Assembly (NCBI GenBank): GCA_051744805.1
Contig: JBNJDK010000004.1
Location: 1-62,935, forward strand
Origin: Bacillota bacterium
GTDB taxonomy: Bacteria > Bacillota > Halanaerobiia > Halanaerobiales > DATFIM01
Direction of reading: 5' to 3'
DNA length: 62,935 bases
Shown: in pieces, positions 56,619 to 62,935 of the stretch
Layout of the letters: each line of letters starts with the position of its first letter
How positions within the stretch are numbered: the stretch's first letter is position 1
Notes under the pieces: model-generated
The model's database searches: none
Seen by the model: the letters and a program-made list of their open reading frames with translations, nothing else
Told to the model about the DNA's origin: nothing
Translations under genes and position numbers: made by a program

Positions 56619-56735
56619 TATCTTTCCCCCTTTTTTTATAAATTTTTTAATAAGAATAGTTAAAAATTATTATTATTTTTTCATCACCTCCTGTTGCTAA
56701 TTTTATCAATTTTGAAAATTTTTTAAATAAAATTC

Positions 56736-56766
56736 TACAGCAAGCGACAAAATAAACTTGCTGTAG
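56736..56766 (-). terminator. terminator-like hairpin between the M20 hydrolase gene and nhaC copy 2
   Basis: CTACAGCAAG / CTTGCTGTAG with an 11-nt loop, followed by AATTTTATTT on the minus strand. Confidence 0.6.
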
Positions 56767-56786
56767 AAAAAATATATTATTTAACT

Positions 56787-57995
56787 TTAATCTGTTAATA
56801 CTTCTACTAAATAATCATAGATAACTTCTGCAGTTTTAACCACAGTATCCAATTCAACATATTCATCTGCACTATGATAATTTTTACCATTTGGACCAAA
56901 GACAAAAGTTGGAAGCTTAGCTCTAGCACCAAGATAGTTAAAATCTCCTACACTTGAGAAATAAGCTATCTTAGCATCTTCACCAGTTACATCGGAAACA
57001 CTCTTTTTGAAACTTTGAGTATAAGGATTACTTTCAGAAACTACATATGGTAAAAAACCATCACAATTTTTATGAGGAGCATCTCTAAATTTCAAAGTAG
57101 CTTCTCCTTTAATATTGGCTCTTTTTACAGCTTTTTCAAATTCTTTTCTGATATAACTTTTATCTTCTCCAATTGTTACATGGCGAAAAACAGAAAATGA
57201 TGCCTGATCCGGTACAGAAAGGGGAGCACCTCCACCTTCTATATCAATTACACACATAGCTCCTGGACCTAATTTTTCATGAGATTTTAATTCAGCATTT
57301 TCTAATTCAAGTAAAACTTTTGAAGCTTCACTAATAGCATTAATACCTTTTTCAGGGTTAGCACCATGAGCAGATTTTCCTTTTAATTCAACTTTATATT
57401 TCCAACCACCTCTTGCTCCTAAGCATAGACAGGGAAAATCTTCTCCAGCAAATCCACTACTTGGCTCAGGAACTATAGCTACATCAGCATTGTCGGTATA
57501 ACCATCTAAAATCAAATTGTCTGTTCCAAGTCCAAAAGGACCTTCTTCATCACTAACAAAAGTATATAATACTTCTCCATTAAAATCTTCTACAGTATTT
57601 TTAAATGCTTCTACTGCAAGCATTATAGCAGCACTACCACTTTTCATATCAAGAGCTCCAACTCCATACATTTTATTTCCTTCAATTTTTGCTCCTAATG
57701 GTTCTTTAGTCCAGCCATCACAAATCTCAACAGTATCAAGATGACCATTTAACAATACAGATGGACCTTCACTACTGCCTTTAATGTTACCGACTACATT
57801 GGTTCCTTCAAAATCAGTAACTTTTTTCTCATGAAATTTATGATATTCTGCAGGTAAATCTCTTTCTTTGAGCCAGTTCAAGGTATATTCCATTACTTCA
57901 TCTTCACGAAAAAAAGGACTTGGTATTTTAACTAAATCTGTCAAAAGTTCTTCTACACGTTCACGGTTAATGTAATTTTTAACATCCTCTGACAT
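56787..57995 (-). CDS. M20-family metallohydrolase (ArgE/DapE/ACY1-type deacylase or peptidase)
   Basis: 402 aa with GHLDTV, GALDMKSG, SDEEG and HSADEYV metal-ligand motifs. Confidence 0.8.
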   Translation of the reverse strand: MSEDVKNYINRERVEELLTDLVKIPSPFFREDEVMEYTLNWLKERDLPAEYHKFHEKKVTDFEGTNVVGNIKGSSEGPSVLLNGHLDTVEICDGWTKEPLGAKIEGNKMYGVGALDMKSGSAAIMLAVEAFKNTVEDFNGEVLYTFVSDEEGPFGLGTDNLILDGYTDNADVAIVPEPSSGFAGEDFPCLCLGARGGWKYKVELKGKSAHGANPEKGINAISEASKVLLELENAELKSHEKLGPGAMCVIDIEGGGAPLSVPDQASFSVFRHVTIGEDKSYIRKEFEKAVKRANIKGEATLKFRDAPHKNCDGFLPYVVSESNPYTQSFKKSVSDVTGEDAKIAYFSSVGDFNYLGARAKLPTFVFGPNGKNYHSADEYVELDTVVKTAEVIYDYLVEVLTD

Positions 57996-58077
57996 TTAAT
58001 TAACCTCCTTATAATTTTCTTTAATTAAGAATTTCCAGAATAAAACAAACTTAATTCAGGTCCATATATATAAACAA

Positions 58078-58093
58078 TGCATTTATTATACCA
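58078..58093 (-). promoter_or_regulatory. sigma-54 promoter of the M20 hydrolase gene
   Basis: Minus strand TGGTATAATAAATGCA with exact GG-N10-GC spacing, about 85 nt upstream of the start at 57995. Confidence 0.6.
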
Positions 58094-58290
58094 TTATATA
58101 TATTATTCAATAATATTATTAATATCTCATATTTATTCAGTTATAGTATAATTCTTCATTTAAAAAATATATCCTGCTTTTTTAACAAAGTATCCTATAT
58201 TCTAACATAAAACCCAATCGAAAATTATATTTCGCAAAATTTTTGTCTTTGTGCAAATTTTTTTTACAAAAAATAGAATAAAAAAAATAA

Positions 58291-58311
58291 ACCGACCTGG
58301 TTAAGGTCGGT
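58291..58311 (-). terminator. intrinsic terminator after hsp20
   Basis: ACCGACC / GGTCGGT with a 7-nt loop, followed on the minus strand by TTATTTTTTTT. Confidence 0.75.
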
Positions 58312-58341
58312 AAAACGGGTGATAATATTTATTTATAAAGC

Positions 58342-58788
58342 TTATTTAATATCAATTGTTTTCTTTTTAGGAGTTTTCTTCTCTTTTTTAGGAAGAGTTA
58401 CTTCTAAAATTCCATTTTCATATTTAGCATCAATTTCTTCTTCTTTTACATTATCAATTTGGAATACACGCTGGAAACTTCCAGTCCTTCTTTCACGTCT
58501 AATATAATTTTCATTTTCTTCTTCAATTTTTTCTTCATTTTGAGCAGAAATTGTAAGATAATCATCAGTAATTTCTATATTTATATCATCTTTGCTCAAT
58601 CCAGGTAATTCAGATTCTATTATATAGTTTTCATCAGTTTCTTTCACATCAGTTTTAAAGCTTTTTGTATCTAGGGCATTAAAGGCATCACTGAAAAATT
58701 CATTTACTAAACTGTTGAAAGGATCTTCTTCTCTTTCTTCTACTTCACCACGACGACGATTTCTGAATGGTACTAAATCAAACATCAA
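58342..58788 (-). CDS. Hsp20 / alpha-crystallin family small heat-shock protein
   Basis: 148 aa with an alpha-crystallin domain (DVKETDENYIIESELPGLSKDDINIEI...GILEVTLPK). Confidence 0.9.
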   Translation of the reverse strand: MMFDLVPFRNRRRGEVEEREEDPFNSLVNEFFSDAFNALDTKSFKTDVKETDENYIIESELPGLSKDDINIEITDDYLTISAQNEEKIEEENENYIRRERRTGSFQRVFQIDNVKEEEIDAKYENGILEVTLPKKEKKTPKKKTIDIK

Positions 58789-58845
58789 AAACCACCTCCA
58801 TTTATATTTTTGTTTTTCTTTGACTTTCTTTGATTTTCTATTTAT

Positions 58846-58874
58846 ATTATAATGCTAACATCAGAGATGGTCAA
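58846..58874 (-). promoter_or_regulatory. sigma-A promoter of hsp20
   Basis: Minus strand: TTGACC (58874-58869), 17-nt spacer, TATAAT (58851-58846). Confidence 0.65.
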
Positions 58875-58961
58875 ATTTTAAAAAAGATAGATTTTTCCTT
58901 TTAATTGAGATTATAAGAAATTAACTGCTTCTAACTTCTATTTTCTCATCAAATCAAAATT

Positions 58962-59681
58962 TTATAAATCTAAGAATTTTTTAATCTTCTCTGCTGAACT
59001 ATTTATAATATCTTCTTCTGTTAGGCCGGCCTTTTGAATAACATCATTTAAAAAAGTTATATCCCCAACTTCAGTATGAAAATGGGCATCACTATTTAAA
59101 CTTAAAAGTACTCCTTTGTTTTTAGCTAGCTTACATAAATTAATACTCATTTCATGATTGCCTCTTCTACCCAATTTGAAATCATAAAAAGAACTGGCAT
59201 TAGCTTCAAGAATAACATTATTTTCATAAGCTGCTTCAACTAATTTTTTTATATTTACTGGAAAAGCGGCATTAGCTGGATGAGTTATCATTTGCACATA
59301 GGGATTTTCCATAGCTTTTATTATTACTCTTGTATTGTCTTCTTTATTATTTAAATCATACCCGGCATCTGAATGAATACCTGCTGCCACAAAATCAAGT
59401 CTTTTTAATCTTTCTTCTGGCAGGTCAATTGATCCATCATTCATTATATTTGCTTCAATACCAGAAATTATTCTCACCCCATATAATTTATCTGGAATAA
59501 TTCTCATATTTCCAAAGTGAAATTGATGAGGGCCTCCAGGCATTTTAGGTCCATGATTAGTAATTGCAATTAATTTTAATCCTTTTTCACTTGCTGTTCT
59601 CGCTAATTCATCCACAGTAGAATAAGCATGGCCACTCGCTATAGTATGTGTATGTAAATCTGCCTTTATTTTAATTTTCAT
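58962..59681 (-). CDS. PHP-domain phosphoesterase (YcdX-like)
   Basis: 239 aa with DLHTHTIASGHAYS at the N-terminus and later His/Asp metal motifs (NHGP, HPAN, NSDAHF). Confidence 0.8.
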   Translation of the reverse strand: MKIKIKADLHTHTIASGHAYSTVDELARTASEKGLKLIAITNHGPKMPGGPHQFHFGNMRIIPDKLYGVRIISGIEANIMNDGSIDLPEERLKRLDFVAAGIHSDAGYDLNNKEDNTRVIIKAMENPYVQMITHPANAAFPVNIKKLVEAAYENNVILEANASSFYDFKLGRRGNHEMSINLCKLAKNKGVLLSLNSDAHFHTEVGDITFLNDVIQKAGLTEEDIINSSAEKIKKFLDL

Positions 59682-59706
59682 CTATATCATCCTCCATAGT
59701 TTAATC

Positions 59707-60630
59707 TTAAAAAATTATTTCCGACAAATATATTACAAACGTAACAGAAAAAACACTTAATAAAGTTGTCATCATAACAACCTGAGAAGCAAAAGAAGAT
59801 TGATTATCATATTCAACAGCTATTAATGCGGTTGTTACAGCAGTTGGAGCTGCAGAAGTAATAAATAATACTTTGGCCATAACTCCATCTATACCTAAAA
59901 TAATGATTAATAAATAAGCTATTAAAGGACCTCCTAATAAACGAAAAAAACTGGCAATATAAATAGAAGGGTCTTCAAGATTTATTTTTATTCTAGAAAG
60001 TTGAACTCCAAGAGTTAACAATGCTATAGATATAAAACCCTGCTCTAAATATTCCATTGCAGGCCAGAGAAAAAATTCGCTAAAATCATAAGAAAAAGTT
60101 TTTAACACAAAAGCTAAAATTATCATATAAATCGGAGGATAAATAAACACTTTTTTTAGAGATGACTTAAGTCCGACCTGTCCCTTGCCTGCATTAAAAA
60201 AACCAACAGTATAAATCAATAAAGTCTGAAGTATTAATATCATAACCTGTATGGAAAAAGCATAAGCAGAATTGTTAAAAATTAAAGCAATTAAAGGAAG
60301 ACTATAATTACCTGCATTAAAAAATATAGTTGAATTTTTAAATGCATTTGTTAAAGAAGGTCCATAATTTCTAAATTTACTTATCACATTAGAAAGTAAA
60401 GAAATGATTACTAAAAATAATAAAGAAAAATAAACTAAATTAAGCATTTCCAATTTAAGTTCTGTATTATAAATCTGAATTAATACTAGAGCTGGAACAA
60501 AAATATAGAAATTCAATTTATTAAGAGTATTTATATCAATTTCAAAAAAATTATTTAATATATAACCTAAAGAAATTATCAAAAATATAGGTGCAATATT
60601 TTCAGTGAAAATATATAGTAATAAATCCAA
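59707..60630 (-). CDS. AEC (auxin efflux carrier) family transporter
   Basis: 307-aa protein with about 10 TM and an AEC-type two-half topology. Confidence 0.7.
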   Translation of the reverse strand: MDLLLYIFTENIAPIFLIISLGYILNNFFEIDINTLNKLNFYIFVPALVLIQIYNTELKLEMLNLVYFSLLFLVIISLLSNVISKFRNYGPSLTNAFKNSTIFFNAGNYSLPLIALIFNNSAYAFSIQVMILILQTLLIYTVGFFNAGKGQVGLKSSLKKVFIYPPIYMIILAFVLKTFSYDFSEFFLWPAMEYLEQGFISIALLTLGVQLSRIKINLEDPSIYIASFFRLLGGPLIAYLLIIILGIDGVMAKVLFITSAAPTAVTTALIAVEYDNQSSFASQVVMMTTLLSVFSVTFVIYLSEIIF

Positions 60631-60668
60631 TTTTCTTCCTCCTTTCCTATTATCATTTTTCTGAACTT

Positions 60669-62150
60669 TTAATTTTTTAATCTAAATTTATTTTTAATAA
60701 AACTAAAATTAGATAAAATAGAAATTAAAATCATTATAAATAAAACAAAGCTGATCGGATGTTGAAAAATAGATAAAAATAATTTTGGTATTGAAGGAAC
60801 ATAAGCAAATGCTCTTCTAAAACTGGGGTCCATTATATCGCCAAGTACTAAAGCCAAAACTATAGGTGCAATTGGATAATCATTATTTTTTAACAAAAAT
60901 CCTATAAACCCAATAACCATCATAACTAAAACATCAAAAAGACTGTTATTTATAGCATAAGATCCTACTACACATAAAACAGAAACGATGGGTAATAATA
61001 TTTTTTTAGGTATTAAAACAACTTTGGATAATCTAGGAACTACAGTTATACCTAATATTAACATAGAAATAGATCCTACAAAACCACCTGCTAGAATCAA
61101 ATGAAATAATTCAGGTGACTCTGAGAACAATAGAGGCCCGGGCCTTAGTCCATGAACTAAAAAAGCGGCCAAAATTACTGCTGTTACAGCATCTCCAGGT
61201 ATTCCCAGTGTCAGCATTGGTATTAATGCTCCACCAACACAGGCATTATTAGCAGCTTCACTGGCTACTATACCTTCTTCAGCTCCTTCCCCAAAAGGAT
61301 GAGTAGGATTTTTAACAGTTTTTTTAGCAGAATCATATGATATCAGGGCTGCAACTGGCCCTCCACATCCTGGTAATGCCCCAATAAAAGTTCCAATAAT
61401 TGAAGATCTTATAGATAAAGATAAATATTTCAAAGCACCTTTAAAATCCGGTTTAACTTTTCCAGCTTTTTTTGCAATTGCTGAATAACTTCCTTTATAG
61501 ACTTGAGTTAAAACTTCTGTAAACCCAAATAAACCTATTAAAGCAGCTATTAAATTTATACCTGCCTGCAAATTAGTAATTCCAAATGAAAATCTGGCTG
61601 TTCCCATTATTGCTTCTCTTCCTATAGAACTCAAAAACAAACCTATTATTGCACTAATAAATCCTTTAGTATAATCTTTAGCTGTAAGAGAAACAACTGC
61701 TGTTAAACCAAACACAGCAATTAAAAAATAATCCAGGGGACTGAATTGCAAAGCTATATTAGTAATAGGTTTAGCCAAAATCGCCAGTAAAAATAATCCA
61801 ATTAAACTTCCTATAAAAGATTGAAATGTTGCTATCCATAAAGCTTCAGCAGCTTCTCCTCTTTCAGTCATAGGAAATCCATCTAATTTTGTAATAACAG
61901 CTGCAGGTGCTCCAGGAATATTAATTAAAATAGCTGAAACAGCTCCAGAAAAAACACCAGCAACATATAATCCCATAATAAGGGCCATCGCATTTTCTAT
62001 AGACCAGGAATAAGTCACTGTAACTAATATAGCAGTTGCCATAGTAACTGAAAGTCCTGGTATAGAACCAACTAGTAGTCCTGAAGCAGCTCCGAGAAAA
62101 ACCAATCCAATTAAGGTAGGACTAATTTGTTGTATAACATTCAAAATCAC
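60669..62150 (-). CDS. tctA: tripartite tricarboxylate transporter, large permease
   Basis: 493-aa polytopic protein with GSIPGLSVTMA and GALPGCGGPVA motifs. Confidence 0.85.
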   Translation of the reverse strand: MILNVIQQISPTLIGLVFLGAASGLLVGSIPGLSVTMATAILVTVTYSWSIENAMALIMGLYVAGVFSGAVSAILINIPGAPAAVITKLDGFPMTERGEAAEALWIATFQSFIGSLIGLFLLAILAKPITNIALQFSPLDYFLIAVFGLTAVVSLTAKDYTKGFISAIIGLFLSSIGREAIMGTARFSFGITNLQAGINLIAALIGLFGFTEVLTQVYKGSYSAIAKKAGKVKPDFKGALKYLSLSIRSSIIGTFIGALPGCGGPVAALISYDSAKKTVKNPTHPFGEGAEEGIVASEAANNACVGGALIPMLTLGIPGDAVTAVILAAFLVHGLRPGPLLFSESPELFHLILAGGFVGSISMLILGITVVPRLSKVVLIPKKILLPIVSVLCVVGSYAINNSLFDVLVMMVIGFIGFLLKNNDYPIAPIVLALVLGDIMDPSFRRAFAYVPSIPKLFLSIFQHPISFVLFIMILISILSNFSFIKNKFRLKN

Positions 62151-62181
62151 AATTCACACCTCCAACTGTAGTAACTATCAA

Positions 62182-62640
62182 CTATGGCAAACTGACTCCC
62201 AAACCTATACTAAAAATCACATAACTTATTACAGGAGTTAAAACAGCTATAGAAATTAAAATCCAGATTCTTCTTTCTCCAATATAAAACATAAAGATTA
62301 ATAGATATATTATTGATGCTACTAAAAACCCAAAAAAATTTAAGGCCCATAAATAACTAAGTGAAAATATAACCACTAAAATTACATTTAAAAAACTAAC
62401 TTTAGATATGTTATCCTTTTTTGTAGTTTCTTTACTATTTTTAACTTGATTCCATCCTCTAATAATTAGATTTATTGATAAAATTATTAAAATCCCACCA
62501 AATAGAAAAGGAAAAACTCCAGGACTAAGAAATGATTTTCCAAAATCTCTCATTTTAACTGCTCTATTAATAATAAAGAGAGAAAATATAAAAAATATAC
62601 TCCCCTGTAAAAAAAGTGAGTTTTTAAATAACTTCCTCAT
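62182..62640 (-). CDS. tctB: tripartite tricarboxylate transporter, small permease
   Basis: 152 aa with 4 TM, immediately upstream of tctA. Confidence 0.7.
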   Translation of the reverse strand: MRKLFKNSLFLQGSIFFIFSLFIINRAVKMRDFGKSFLSPGVFPFLFGGILIILSINLIIRGWNQVKNSKETTKKDNISKVSFLNVILVVIFSLSYLWALNFFGFLVASIIYLLIFMFYIGERRIWILISIAVLTPVISYVIFSIGLGVSLP

Positions 62641-62654
62641 TTTAATTTCTCCTT

Positions 62655-62935
62655 CTAATTTTCATACCTAGGGATATCAAATTTTTCAGGACTATATTCT
62701 GTTGCCCCTGCTTCATGTAACATCCAATTAACAAGAGACTTCCATTCTTCCCAATAATCTGCAACTTCATTTCCAGTTAAATGATCCATTCTTTTATAAT
62801 AATTTTGATCTGTAAATTCAATCCATTCATCTTCTGTAGCAGCTTTTTTAGCAGCCTTTTTTAAAAGTTCTACTCTTTCCTCTGGAGTACCTTTTTTAAC
62901 CAATAAGCAATTTGGAAAATCAAGAGGTAAATAAG
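62655..62935 (-). CDS. tctC: tripartite tricarboxylate transporter substrate-binding protein (Bug family); N-terminus lies beyond the window end
   Basis: The frame stays open to the window edge (…LPLDFPNCLLVKKGTPEERVELLKKAAKKA…). It lies upstream of tctB-tctA. The track Met at 62903 is internal. Confidence 0.65.
   Translation of the reverse strand, partial: YLPLDFPNCLLVKKGTPEERVELLKKAAKKAATEDEWIEFTDQNYYKRMDHLTGNEVADYWEEWKSLVNWMLHEAGATEYSPEKFDIPRYEN

Noticed and set aside
56673-56692. Mini-ORF ATG-AAA-AAA-TAA after AGGAGGTG in the nhaC-2 leader, as a leader peptide
   Set aside because: SD-to-ATG spacing is only 2 nt and the peptide would be 2-3 aa. It is treated instead as part of the SD-decoy observation.
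671-58507. About 25 short ORFs in the track that lie antisense to or inside long, well-supported genes. These are 671..877, 2254..2436, 4785..4982, 6762..7004, 7750..8067, 10505..10774, 12147..12449, 14527..14916, 15926..16126, 16811..17071, 18436..18624, 20089..20301, 26141..26473, 27838..28026, 28265..28552, 28375..28560, 35728..35922, 37309..37515, 42831..43193, 43657..43965, 44489..44728, 52962..53147, 57517..57744 and 58319..58507.
   Set aside because: They are shadow ORFs, typical of AT-rich DNA. They have low-complexity or Ser/Ile/Phe-rich translations and no SD sequences, and each is fully overlapped by a gene with clear family motifs.
1-62935. CRISPR arrays, tRNA/rRNA/tmRNA genes, transposases, integrases and toxin-antitoxin pairs
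   Set aside because: I saw no spaced direct-repeat arrays, no GC-rich structured RNA islands apart from the riboswitch, and no ORFs with recombinase or transposase motifs. Small TA genes under 60 aa cannot be excluded without a dedicated search.

Overview
AT-rich, almost fully coding bacterial chromosomal segment with most genes on the minus strand. KDO/lipid A genes sit beside clostridial-type amino-acid fermentation genes, with Firmicute-style SD sequences and SigL-type promoters. This suggests a diderm Firmicute such as Halanaerobiales (inference only). Blocks: (1) 1-6059, kdsD-kdsA-kdsB-lpxK-DUF374-msbA. (2) 6080-15848, a long cobalamin salvage and nucleotide-loop assembly operon behind a B12 riboswitch; it has two cobO paralogs, a GATase-less cobQ, candidate cblT/cblS and no cobT, and two perfect 17-bp inverted repeats interrupt it. 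(3) 15952-19096, nadE-niaR plus a NiaR-box-controlled DUF997/sodium:solute symporter pair. (4) abgT (sigma-54 promoter), pgi, a DnaD-like/DnaI-like/unknown trio, lrp-lctP, a TIGR01440 protein, sor and rbr. (5) An orphan membrane beta-propeller protein and a peptide-type ABC importer (SBP plus two permeases, no ATPases). (6) An operon of a fRMsr-nitroreductase fusion, an acetamidase-family protein and a DUF4438-like protein. (7) 37.7-58.1 kb, a lysine-fermentation island (kamA, kamDE, kdd x2, kce, kal, crt, hbd, racemase) with extra hydrolases and transporters. Six GG-N10-GC sigma-54 promoters and a PAS-AAA+ activator organise it. This is my best candidate for something not yet described, at the level of regulon and accessory genes rather than core enzymology. 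(8) hsp20, PHP phosphatase, AEC transporter, tctCBA. I recognised no rRNA, tRNA, CRISPR array, transposase or integrase. All family calls come from motif recognition by eye; no database search was run.
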